Shown in pieces: positions 46,581-54,867 of a stretch of DNA of 64,000 nt. The position numbers were made by a program, and so were the translations under genes. Every line of letters begins with the position of its first letter. Positions within the stretch are counted from its first letter, which is position 1. The notes under the pieces are model-generated. The model was not told the DNA's origin. It made no database searches and worked only from the letters and a program-made list of their open reading frames with translations. The DNA comes from Patescibacteria group bacterium (GTDB taxonomy: Bacteria > Patescibacteriota > Minisyncoccia > Phycocordibacterales > Phycocordibacteraceae), in contig JBBTSV010000009.1 of the NCBI GenBank assembly GCA_038064595.1, positions 8,769-72,768 on the forward strand, given 5' to 3'.

Positions 46581-48581
46581 ATGTCGGCAGACGCATCTCT
46601 CGAAGGCCCCATCGTCATGACCCGCAAGGGCTTTGGCTTCTTCCCCTTGGGCGACGATCAAGAAGACCTCCTGATCCCGCCGGAGTGGACCGGCCACGCG
46701 CTCTCAGGCGACGTGGTCAAGGTCGAGCGTGTCGGGACCTATCAAGACCCTTCAGGCCGGATGGCTCCGAGGGAGGCTGGGAAGGTGGTCGAGATCGTCT
46801 CGCGCGCTCGAGAGACATTTGTCGGCACTCTTATTGCCCCGACGCCAGAAGTCGGGGTCCCGACCGAAGCGTCGGGAAAGAGTGAGATCACATTGCTCCA
46901 GTGTGACTATAAGAAGATGTATGTGCCGATTGTCATACTCGACCGCGGTGATGCACCGCTCGGCTACAAGGTGCTTGTGCGCCTGGTAAGCTGGGAGGCC
47001 GACAAAGCGTATCCCCTCGGCGAGATTGAAGAAGTGATCGGCCCCGCAGGAAATCATGAGACCGAGATGCGCTCGCTCGCACTTGGGCAGGGGTTCAGGA
47101 GCGACTTCCCTCCTGGCGTCGTCACAGCAGCACGGGATCTCGAGATGCGCGGTCGGCAGATGCTCGCGGACGAAGCCGAGAATCCCAAACGACGTGATTT
47201 TAGAAAAGTACCGACCTGCACCATCGACCCCTTTGATGCCAAAGACTTTGACGATGCCCTCTCGGTGCAGACCTTGCCCGATGGAAACATTGAAGTGGGC
47301 GTGCACATCGCCGACGTCTCCTTTTTTGTGAAGCCCGGCAACGAGCTCGACAAAGAGGCGCGTGAACGGGCCACGAGTGTCTACCTCGTCGACCGCACGA
47401 TCCCGATGCTCCCCCACATTCTCTCCACCGACCTCTGTTCACTCAATCCCAATGAAGATCGTCTGTCGGTCTCGGCAGTGTTCACGCTCGATACGGATGC
47501 AAACATTGTGAATGAATGGTTCGGCGAAACGGTGATTCACTCTGATAAACGCTTCACGTATGAGAATGCACAAGAGGTGCTCGATGCCGGAAAAGGCGAG
47601 CTTCATGCTGAACTCTCGCTCCTCTACGACCTCTCGAAGAAGATCCGCACGCGCCGCCAAGAGAAGGGGGCGATCGAGTTCGACACCGCTGAAGTCAAAA
47701 TCGAACTCGATGAGACGGGTAAACCAATCGCAATAAAACTCAAAGAGCGCAAAGCGACCAATCTCCTCATTGAAGATTTTATGCTCCTTGCCAACGAGGC
47801 CGTCGCCAAGCACTTGAATAAGCTCACCCGTAACGGCGGCCCCCACTTCGCCTCGCTCTACCGTATCCACGACGAGCCGGACTCTGACCGCATCGAGAAC
47901 CTCGCACACCTCCTGCGCGTCATGGGCTATCACCTGAAAACTGCCGGCGGCAAGGTCACCGGCGCAGAACTGAACAAACTCATGGAGTCGGTCAAGGGCA
48001 CGCCCGAGGAATACCTGGTCAAGACCGCGACCCTGCGCTCGATGAGTAAGGCGGTCTACACGACCCGCAACATTGGCCACTTTGGTCTGGCGTTTGAGTT
48101 CTATACTCACTTCACCTCCCCGATCCGTCGTTATCCCGACCTTATCATCCACCGCTTGGTGAAGGCGCACAGCGGCGGCGACCCTATCACGCCCGCGGAG
48201 ATGCAGGAGTTTGACCGGCTCGCGGTGCACGCCTCGGAGCGCGAGGTGGCGGCCGCCGACGCCGAACGTGATTCTATCAAGATGAAGCAGGTTGAATTTC
48301 TCGCGGAACATATCGGCGAGACCTTTGACGCCGTGATCTCGGGCGTGACCGAGCGCGGCCTCTACGTAGAAGAGCAGACCACCCACGCCGACGGCATGAT
48401 CAACATCCGCGTCCTCGGCGAGCTCCCGGATCAGGTGGGTGATTACTTCGACTTCGAAGAAAAACAGTACAGGCTCGTCGGCCGTCGGACCAAGAAGAGC
48501 TACCGTCTCGGCGACCCCATCCGCGTGAAGCTCATCGCCGCCCGTATTGCCGAAAAAGAGCTCGACTTCCTCCCCGCCTAA
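46581..48581 (+). CDS. rnr: Ribonuclease R
   Basis: TIDPFDAKDFDDA, HIADV, IEDFMLLAN, YTHFTSPIRRYPD, C-terminal S1. Confidence 0.95.
   Translation: MSADASLEGPIVMTRKGFGFFPLGDDQEDLLIPPEWTGHALSGDVVKVERVGTYQDPSGRMAPREAGKVVEIVSRARETFVGTLIAPTPEVGVPTEASGKSEITLLQCDYKKMYVPIVILDRGDAPLGYKVLVRLVSWEADKAYPLGEIEEVIGPAGNHETEMRSLALGQGFRSDFPPGVVTAARDLEMRGRQMLADEAENPKRRDFRKVPTCTIDPFDAKDFDDALSVQTLPDGNIEVGVHIADVSFFVKPGNELDKEARERATSVYLVDRTIPMLPHILSTDLCSLNPNEDRLSVSAVFTLDTDANIVNEWFGETVIHSDKRFTYENAQEVLDAGKGELHAELSLLYDLSKKIRTRRQEKGAIEFDTAEVKIELDETGKPIAIKLKERKATNLLIEDFMLLANEAVAKHLNKLTRNGGPHFASLYRIHDEPDSDRIENLAHLLRVMGYHLKTAGGKVTGAELNKLMESVKGTPEEYLVKTATLRSMSKAVYTTRNIGHFGLAFEFYTHFTSPIRRYPDLIIHRLVKAHSGGDPITPAEMQEFDRLAVHASEREVAAADAERDSIKMKQVEFLAEHIGETFDAVISGVTERGLYVEEQTTHADGMINIRVLGELPDQVGDYFDFEEKQYRLVGRRTKKSYRLGDPIRVKLIAARIAEKELDFLPA
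46838..46876. repeat. Family D palindrome inside rnr
   Basis: cccgacgccagaagtcggggtcccgaccgaagcgtcggg; encodes PTPEVGVPTEASG. Confidence 0.88.
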
Positions 48582-48582
48582 T

Positions 48583-48603
48583 TACGGACATCGTAAGTCC
48601 GTA
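48583..48603. repeat. Family B palindrome
   Basis: tacggac-atcgtaa-gtccgta immediately after the rnr stop. Confidence 0.8.
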
Positions 48604-48606
48604 TAT

Positions 48607-48651
48607 TTACTTCGCCACGGCGACGGCTTCGTCGAACTTGACGGAGAGCAG
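48607..48651 (-). repeat. Displaced duplicate of the smc 3' end
   Basis: Encodes LLSVKFDEAVAVAK*, the same peptide as 49751-49795, with 4 synonymous differences. Confidence 0.92.
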
Positions 48652-48660
48652 TCTCCGCCC

Positions 48661-48689
48661 AAAGTTAGGACACCCAGTGTCCTAACTTT
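48661..48689. repeat. Family F REP downstream of RAYT
   Basis: aaagttaggacac-cca-gtgtcctaacttt; contains the RAYT stop codon. Confidence 0.92.
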
Positions 48690-49329
48690 CTATCTCATCC
48701 GCTCTTGATGCGAGGTCTGGATTTGAAATGATTTCCTCTATAGTTTGTTCATATTCGCTTGGCATTCCGAGCACAGGAGAAATCTCATTGGACTCGATAA
48801 TTGAAGGAAAATTATGATTACCAAAATAGTCGAGATGACTACTCCACCGATAATTTTGCAAAGCAGTCAGAGCACCTGATACATCCTGTACCTCTCCTTT
48901 TCTCCATTCGGGATGCGTATAGTCAAGCGGGTTCAAATGAATATAGAACGGGATGTAAAGGAAGTGGGCGTCTCGCTCAATGAGCACTTTACGGTATTTG
49001 CCTTGCCACAAGACACCCGATCGCTCGTATCGCCTATTAAAGTATTTTGTGTACCCCATATTCATCTTGTGCATGAACATTGAAATTCCGTTTTCGACCC
49101 TTTCTGATACCAAGAGATGATAGTGATTTTTCATCAGACAGAAAGCATGAATATCAATGAGCCGCTCGCGTTTACGGTGCTCGTCCTTCCGTTCATTCAA
49201 AATATAATTCGGTACGGGATGTACGTCATTGAGAACGAATAAATCATGGGTAAACCTCACTCTGTCTTGATCGTCCATAACAACGTCTCGTTTATCGACT
49301 CCGCGCCCAATCAGATGCCAAAAGTTCAT
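48682..49329 (-). CDS. REP-associated tyrosine transposase (HUH/Y1, RAYT-like)
   Basis: HLIGRG, AFCLMKNHYHLL (HUH), LWQGKY, YIHLNP (catalytic Tyr), YRWSS. Confidence 0.92.
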   Translation of the reverse strand: MNFWHLIGRGVDKRDVVMDDQDRVRFTHDLFVLNDVHPVPNYILNERKDEHRKRERLIDIHAFCLMKNHYHLLVSERVENGISMFMHKMNMGYTKYFNRRYERSGVLWQGKYRKVLIERDAHFLYIPFYIHLNPLDYTHPEWRKGEVQDVSGALTALQNYRWSSHLDYFGNHNFPSIIESNEISPVLGMPSEYEQTIEEIISNPDLASRADEIES

Positions 49330-49338
49330 AGCTCTATG

Positions 49339-49422
49339 TTAGGACACCCAGTGTCCTAGTTTTTGTCCTATCCCCTGTTTACCATTTCTGAAAGTTAGGA
49401 CACTGGGTGTCCTAACTTTCAG
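49339..49422. repeat. Two family F REPs upstream of RAYT in opposite orientations
   Basis: ttaggacac-cca-gtgtccta (49339-49358) and ctgaaagttaggacac-tgg-gtgtcctaactttcag (49388-49422). Confidence 0.92.
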
Positions 49423-49749
49423 TTACTCAATGACAAAATCGAGTTGTATTTCTGGGATGCCGAGAGACTTCCCATACTCAACCGCGTCATGCCAGGTCGA
49501 TTTATTGGAGTATAAAATCTCAAACGTTTTGTCCTTAAATACTACGAGCACTTTGTCGTGGCCCGGCTCCCAAAAATGCACGTACCACTTCCCACCTTTA
49601 AGATAGGAGCCAAATTCGGCCGCGAGGTTCTCGCTTATACTTACTTTGTGCACTATCCAATCCCCACTGTGCCACGTCTTTAAAATCTGTACGTTATCGA
49701 GCACACCTCTATCGCTCAAACTATTCTCAATTACCGTGCCCGTAAGCAT
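49423..49749 (-). CDS. Hypothetical protein (108 aa)
   Basis: GTVIENSL..WYVHF..AVEYGKSLGIPEIQLDF; starts 1 bp after the smc stop. Confidence 0.8.
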   Translation of the reverse strand: MLTGTVIENSLSDRGVLDNVQILKTWHSGDWIVHKVSISENLAAEFGSYLKGGKWYVHFWEPGHDKVLVVFKDKTFEILYSNKSTWHDAVEYGKSLGIPEIQLDFVIE

Positions 49750-49750
49750 G

Positions 49751-51964
49751 CTATTTCGCGACGGCGACGGCTTCGTCGAACTTGACGGAGAGAAGCTTAC
49801 TGACGCCGTCTGAACCCATGGTCACGCCGTAGAGGATACTGGTGCGGCTCATGGTCTCGCGGTTATGGGTGATTACAATCAGCTGACTCTTCTGCGCCAA
49901 GTTTTCGATCATGTCGCCGTAGCGGCGGCTGTTGGCCTCGTCGAGCGCCGCGTCGGTCTCGTCGAGGATGAGGAAGGGCGGCGGGTTGACCTGGCTCATG
50001 GCGAAGATGAGTGCGATCGAGGTGAGCGCGCGCTCACCACCTGAAAGCTGCATGAGTGAGCGCACCTTCTTCTTGGGTAGATTGACCGCAATCTCGATGC
50101 CCGCGCGCTCCTTCTTTTCTTCTGCTCCACTCTCGAGCTCGGTCTCATCGAGATCGTCAAGTACTTCCACTTCTTCAGGCTCTTCGAGCGTGAGGCGTGC
50201 GTTCCCGCCACCGAACATAAGCGCAAAATATTCACTAAAGGAGGCATTCACCTTTGCTAACCCTTCTGAGAAATGCTTAGCTAGTTCCGTATCCAAGTCG
50301 GTGATGAGTCCGCGCAGGCTCGCGGCAGACTTCGCGAGATCGTCGAGCTCACTCGCGAGGAATGTCTCGCGCTCTGACACTTCTTTATGCTCCTGACGAA
50401 TCTCTTCACCGGTACCCCCCGCTTCTTCAAGGCGGATCTTGAGGCGCTCAAGACCGCGCTGACGGTCTTCTTGTGCCTTACGCTCTTCTTCTGGCACACG
50501 CTCAAGCGGCGTGTACGAGAGCGCCGCAATGCCCGCGATCGCGAGTACCTCGCTCTTATTGCGCTCGAGCGTCTCCACAAGAAGCGTGAGTTCATATTCT
50601 CGTGCTTCATACTTGGCTATCATCCCTTCCTCATGCGCCTTTGACTGCGCTGCGTCGAGGATTCGACGGCGGATCTCACGCCCCGTTTCTTCAAGCACTA
50701 TCATCCCTTCTCTCGCGCGGGCGCGCGCAAGCTCGGCTTCTTCAAGAGCGCGAGAGGTTTGGGTAAATTTTTCTGCAAGCTCGGTCTGTTCACGTTCAAG
50801 CTTGTGTACCGCATCTTCTTCATCAGAGAGCCGCTCACTGTTTGGCGATCCATGCCGTGTAAAGAAAAAACGAATTGCACGAGTAATTGCGTCGAGTGCC
50901 GCACGTAACGACTCGACGGTCCCCCCTGCGTTCGCCGACTGCGTCTCCACTTCTGCGCGTAGCGACTCAAGCTCCTCACGCGCGACCTTGGCATATGGCT
51001 CACGCGCAACCGCTGCTGCACGACGCTTCACTTCAGCAAGTGCACCTTCAACACGACCCGTCTCCCGTGAGAGTGTGGCGCGCGCGCTTGAGAGCTCGGA
51101 GACCTCGCGCTCTGCTCTGCGCAGTACCTCAGTACGCGATATCGTCTCCTTGTCTGCCGACTTGGGGTCGGCGACCAGATCAAGCTCCGCGCTCACGGCC
51201 GCGAGTCGCTCCTTGGCATGCGCAAGCGCGACTGCTGCTGCCTGCTTCTCTCTCACTACATAGGCATCTTCGATAGAGAAGTATGTTTGTGCAAGACTCG
51301 TGAGCTCGCTCCGGAGCGCGTCTGAACGCTCAAGCTTCTTAACTTGACCTTCCAAGAAGCGCAGATGCGGTGCGAGCTCGCGACGGAGTGAGTTCACTTG
51401 GACAATGTTGTCCTCCGTCTTCTCGAGCTTACGCGTGGCCTCCTGCTTTTTAAACTCATACACTTTGAGCCCAAGCGCGTCCTCGAGCATCGCGCGGCGA
51501 TCTCGCGCTGACGCGAGCAGGATCCGGTCTGCCTCGCCTTGAGAAATAATGTGGTGACTCGTGTCGCCGATGTTCGCCCCCGCAAGCAACTCCTCGATAT
51601 CACGCAGTCGGACTCGAGAACCATTAATCGAATACTCGCTCGTCCCATCACGGAAGACAACGCGCTCGATCGCCACTTCGTCAAAATCGATTTTGAAAAT
51701 GCGTCGCGCATTATCGAAGACGACCACCACTGATGCACGGTTTGCGCGAGACGCCGTGTGGGAACCGTTGAAGATAAGATCCTCCGCGCGCTTGCCGCGC
51801 ATGCTCTTCATCGACTGCTCGCCAAGCGCAAAGCGAAATGCTTCGGCGACATTACTTTTGCCGGAACCATTCGGCCCTACGATCGCCGTAGTCGCACTCG
51901 AAAAGTCGAGTACCGTTTTCTTGGCAAAGGATTTAAACCCAACGATCTCAAGTCGCTTTAACAT
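49751..51964 (-). CDS. smc: Chromosome segregation protein SMC (short form, no obvious hinge)
   Basis: GFKSF, GPNGSGKSN, LSGGE, LDETDAALD; only ~737 aa. Confidence 0.92.
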   Translation of the reverse strand: MLKRLEIVGFKSFAKKTVLDFSSATTAIVGPNGSGKSNVAEAFRFALGEQSMKSMRGKRAEDLIFNGSHTASRANRASVVVVFDNARRIFKIDFDEVAIERVVFRDGTSEYSINGSRVRLRDIEELLAGANIGDTSHHIISQGEADRILLASARDRRAMLEDALGLKVYEFKKQEATRKLEKTEDNIVQVNSLRRELAPHLRFLEGQVKKLERSDALRSELTSLAQTYFSIEDAYVVREKQAAAVALAHAKERLAAVSAELDLVADPKSADKETISRTEVLRRAEREVSELSSARATLSRETGRVEGALAEVKRRAAAVAREPYAKVAREELESLRAEVETQSANAGGTVESLRAALDAITRAIRFFFTRHGSPNSERLSDEEDAVHKLEREQTELAEKFTQTSRALEEAELARARAREGMIVLEETGREIRRRILDAAQSKAHEEGMIAKYEAREYELTLLVETLERNKSEVLAIAGIAALSYTPLERVPEEERKAQEDRQRGLERLKIRLEEAGGTGEEIRQEHKEVSERETFLASELDDLAKSAASLRGLITDLDTELAKHFSEGLAKVNASFSEYFALMFGGGNARLTLEEPEEVEVLDDLDETELESGAEEKKERAGIEIAVNLPKKKVRSLMQLSGGERALTSIALIFAMSQVNPPPFLILDETDAALDEANSRRYGDMIENLAQKSQLIVITHNRETMSRTSILYGVTMGSDGVSKLLSVKFDEAVAVAK

Positions 51965-51994
51965 CACTCACTATTGTAGCAAATGTCTGTGGCA

Positions 51995-52687
51995 CTACGC
52001 CCACGCAAGTGTGGCAAGTCCCGCCTCGGCAGCAGCCTGCTCGGCCTCCTGCTTGCTCTGCCCGTTGCCGCGCGCAATCTCCTTCTCACCGATAAAGACG
52101 CCGACCGTGAAGAGCTTGGCGTGGTCGGGACCCTCCTCTGAAATCGTTTCGTAGGTGGGAGTGATGCCCTTCTTCTCCTGCGCAAGCTCCTGAAAGCGGC
52201 TTTTCGCGTCTTGGTAAGAACGCAGGGCGATGATGTCATCAATTTTTCCAAAAAGATTCTTCGCGATAAATGATTCGGCCTCCCCAAAGCCTTGGTCAAG
52301 ATACAATGCGCCGATGATCGCCTCAAATGCATCAGCAAGGATCACGTCGCGCGCGCGGCCGGTATCTTTCGCTTCGCCCTTCGACAATAGAAGAAATTCA
52401 TTGATCCCAAGTGCTTGAGCGCTCTCGGCGAGCGAGACTGTGTTCACGAGCGCGGCACGGTAGCTGGTGAGCTCGCCCTCTGGCTTGGCCGGATATTTTT
52501 TATAGAGAAAGTCGGTCGCGGCGAGCTCCAAAACCGCGTCGCCGAGAAACTCGAGTCGCTCATTATGAGCTCCCGAATAATCGCGATGTTCGTTGAGATA
52601 GGAGCGGTGCGTCAGCGCCTCGACCAAGAGGGCGGGGTTGATAAATGTGAGACCGAGCTTCTCTGCACAGAGGGAGACGTCAGGCAT
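51995..52687 (-). CDS. rnc: Ribonuclease III
   Basis: NERLEFLGDAVL, ADAFEA, C-terminal dsRBD. Confidence 0.97.
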   Translation of the reverse strand: MPDVSLCAEKLGLTFINPALLVEALTHRSYLNEHRDYSGAHNERLEFLGDAVLELAATDFLYKKYPAKPEGELTSYRAALVNTVSLAESAQALGINEFLLLSKGEAKDTGRARDVILADAFEAIIGALYLDQGFGEAESFIAKNLFGKIDDIIALRSYQDAKSRFQELAQEKKGITPTYETISEEGPDHAKLFTVGVFIGEKEIARGNGQSKQEAEQAAAEAGLATLAWA

Positions 52688-52719
52688 ATCAAGCTAGTAT
52701 GCCGCAGACAGACGAGAAA

Positions 52720-53646
52720 TCAATGCCCCGACTTACTCGACTTATCGAGAAGCTTCTGAACTGCGTTCGTCACGATCGGCAGCATGTCGTCGTAAAAATT
52801 GAGATCAATGATGTCTTGAAGGCGGAACCATTTGGCGTCGTCGAGCCCTCCCTTGCCTTGCTGGAGCTGAAGCGGCTCAAAGGCTGAGTGTGCAAGAAAG
52901 TAGACCACACGCTTACGGTACTTCCCGCGCTCAGGGTGTGACGCGGTGTACTCATTTTCACCGATCTTCTCCTCGATTGTAATATCGAGCCCGATCTCCT
53001 CTTTAATTTCCCGCACCGTGCCCTGCTCAGCGGTCTCGTTCTCGATTGCCGGATTGTCGCCAATTTTACCCTTTGAGAGTGTCCAGTGGCCAAATACGTC
53101 GTGCACGAGCGCAAGATAAATCTGACCCTCGTGTTTAGCGTAGACCACCGCACCACCAAGCTGCTGCAAAGGAAGATCTTCATACCGCTTCTTCTGTTTG
53201 TTCTTTCCTTGATCTTCTTTGCCCGGTTCACCGAGCTCCTTATAGACGGCGCCAAGGACTCCGTTCACGAAGCGTCCGCTTGAATCACCACCGAAGGTTT
53301 TGGCGAGTTCGATCGCCTCGTTGATCGCCACCTTAGCCGGCACCTGGGTCCGATCGGCAAAGAGAAGCTCAAAGAGCCCCAGCCGGAGAATGTTGCGGTC
53401 GACGGGAGCAATACGGTCAAGTGGCCACTCGGGAGCGGCCTTCTCGATCACGAGATCAATGTCTTGTTGCTTTGCGAGCACGCCGTGAAGGAGGCCGTCC
53501 ACAAACGATCGATCAATATCATCGCCCCCAAACTCGACAATATTACGCTCGAGAATGGCTTTGGCTTCTTCAAGAGAAGCGTGCGTCGTATCCCACTCAA
53601 ACAGTGTTTGGAGAACAACGGAGCGTGCGAGATGTCGGTTCGCCAT
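52720..53646 (-). CDS. nusB: NusB fused to a NUDIX domain
   Basis: RHLARS..VDRNILRL..AINEAIELAKTFG..FVNGVLG; then KGK...VREIKEEIG Nudix box. Confidence 0.92.
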   Translation of the reverse strand: MANRHLARSVVLQTLFEWDTTHASLEEAKAILERNIVEFGGDDIDRSFVDGLLHGVLAKQQDIDLVIEKAAPEWPLDRIAPVDRNILRLGLFELLFADRTQVPAKVAINEAIELAKTFGGDSSGRFVNGVLGAVYKELGEPGKEDQGKNKQKKRYEDLPLQQLGGAVVYAKHEGQIYLALVHDVFGHWTLSKGKIGDNPAIENETAEQGTVREIKEEIGLDITIEEKIGENEYTASHPERGKYRKRVVYFLAHSAFEPLQLQQGKGGLDDAKWFRLQDIIDLNFYDDMLPIVTNAVQKLLDKSSKSGH

Positions 53647-53728
53647 GGAAAGATCTGTACTTGGAGTATATCAGTAAAAAGAGATGCGCAAACGCACAAT
53701 GTGTAAAAGCGCGCACCTTTGTTTATTG

Positions 53729-53791
53729 AGGGAGCTCCGCAGCGCTGGCGCGAGGCCGAGCAAATTTTCAGCAGAAAATTATGCGTCTCCC
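53729..53791. repeat. Family E repeat, intergenic copy
   Basis: ccgcagcgctggcgcgaggccgagcaaattttcagcagaaaatt. Confidence 0.7.
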
Positions 53792-53813
53792 GAAAGAGAC
53801 AAAGGTGCGGCGC

Positions 53814-54170
53814 TTAAACCCCGCCGCCGAAACCTGAACGTGCCTTGGGGCGCCCACCGGTCGAGACCTTGCCCGTCACTCCCTTACCGAGCTTCGCCTC
53901 TGCGTTGGCGTGCTCATCGTGGGCATGATCGTGCGCATGCGGCGCGACCGGCGCCGTCGAAGGGCCCTTCACCTTCTCTTTGCCCGAGACCTTTGCCACG
54001 CGCGCCGGCGCGATCTGCTTGCCGCGATACATGCCGGTCGCTTCGTCGAGACGGTGCGGGAGACGGGTGTTACCGCTCTCCTTGTCCTTGACGACTTTCG
54101 TCGCCGTGAGGGCGTGGTGAGAGCGGCGGTTGTTGGTGTGGCCACGGGTGTGGCGCATGCGGATTGACAT
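53814..54170 (-). CDS. rpmF: 50S ribosomal protein L32 (Cys-free) with long C-terminal extension
   Basis: RHTRGHTNNRRSHHAL..LPHR..GMYRGKQI; upstream of nusB-rnc-smc. Confidence 0.88.
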   Translation of the reverse strand: MSIRMRHTRGHTNNRRSHHALTATKVVKDKESGNTRLPHRLDEATGMYRGKQIAPARVAKVSGKEKVKGPSTAPVAPHAHDHAHDEHANAEAKLGKGVTGKVSTGGRPKARSGFGGGV

Positions 54171-54259
54171 ACGCCCTACCCTACCATGCCTGCGTAAAAT
54201 TGGAAAGCGCCGGCCCGTTGTGGTGGGTCGGCGCTGTCTCGGGCGGCGCTTGTGGCGCC

Positions 54260-54418
54260 TCACCCGTTTGGCGAAGCCTGCTGCTTCGCGGACTTCACGG
54301 CGTAGATGGCCGCGAAGACCGGATGCGGCTCGTGAATCGGCACCGGTGGGCGTTGCGGGAACTGCAGGGGTACCCCCTGTTTCTCGGGGGTAGGAGTTCT
54401 CGACTCCTTCTTTTTCAT
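54260..54418 (-). CDS. Small Pro-rich hypothetical protein (52 aa)
   Basis: TTGATT-17-TATACT (54507-54479), AGGAG, MKKKESRTPTPEK..., hairpin at 54206-54235. Confidence 0.55.
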   Translation of the reverse strand: MKKKESRTPTPEKQGVPLQFPQRPPVPIHEPHPVFAAIYAVKSAKQQASPNG

Positions 54419-54583
54419 GTGTTTCTCCTAGGTTTTTTCCTTCTTTGCATCCAACCACCCGGCTGGACACAAGCTGATAGTATAGTCTTATTTGTATATG
54501 AAATCAAGGCTTTCTCGTGACGGGTGTGGAAATCAAAACGCCGCCCGGGTGTGGCGGCGTTTCGTGGGCGGCCCTTGTGGGGC

Positions 54584-54808
54584 CTAGCGACGAAGATCGC
54601 AGTGGAGTGCCTGCCCCGGGTTCACCGGCGCGTGGCGGATGCTGCAACAGACGGTCTCTCCGTGCGGCGTCGGGTCGATGACCCGAGCACCCACGCACGG
54701 CCGCCCATTGATCACGCACGACCCAAAGTCGTGCAGTTTCAGTAGGTCGACGGTCGCCGATAGCGTGCCGTTGTCGTTCTGCTGCGGAATCAGTAGTTCT
54801 GAACGCAT
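54584..54808 (-). CDS. Small Cys/His-containing hypothetical protein (74 aa)
   Basis: GAGGAG/GAGGA before ATG 54808; hairpin + T run at 54536-54562. Confidence 0.5.
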   Translation of the reverse strand: MRSELLIPQQNDNGTLSATVDLLKLHDFGSCVINGRPCVGARVIDPTPHGETVCCSIRHAPVNPGQALHCDLRR

Positions 54809-54867
54809 ATCCTCACTCCTCAGTGTTCCTGCCATTTTGTGATGGGACCCCATCACAAGCCTCCACA

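Larger units (their letters stand above)
48607..49795 (-). mobile_element. ~1.1-kb island integrated at the smc 3' end, carrying RAYT + REPs + a hypothetical gene
   Basis: 45-bp flanking direct repeat, AT-rich interior, HUH transposase, 3 REP copies. Confidence 0.8.

Noticed and set aside
48661-49422. Family F repeats as a CRISPR array or IS terminal inverted repeats
   Set aside because: Irregular spacing, each copy is itself a hairpin, and the enzyme is HUH/Y1 rather than DDE; this fits REPs.
51156-51172. gccgacttggggtcggc in smc as a degenerate family A copy
   Set aside because: Only a half-site resemblance with a 6-bp stem; could be chance in GC-rich DNA.
53814-54470. 218-aa ORF as an N-terminally extended L32
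   Set aside because: The -10-like TAGGGT precedes ATG 54170; the upstream part overlaps a separate SD-led ORF and its hairpin.
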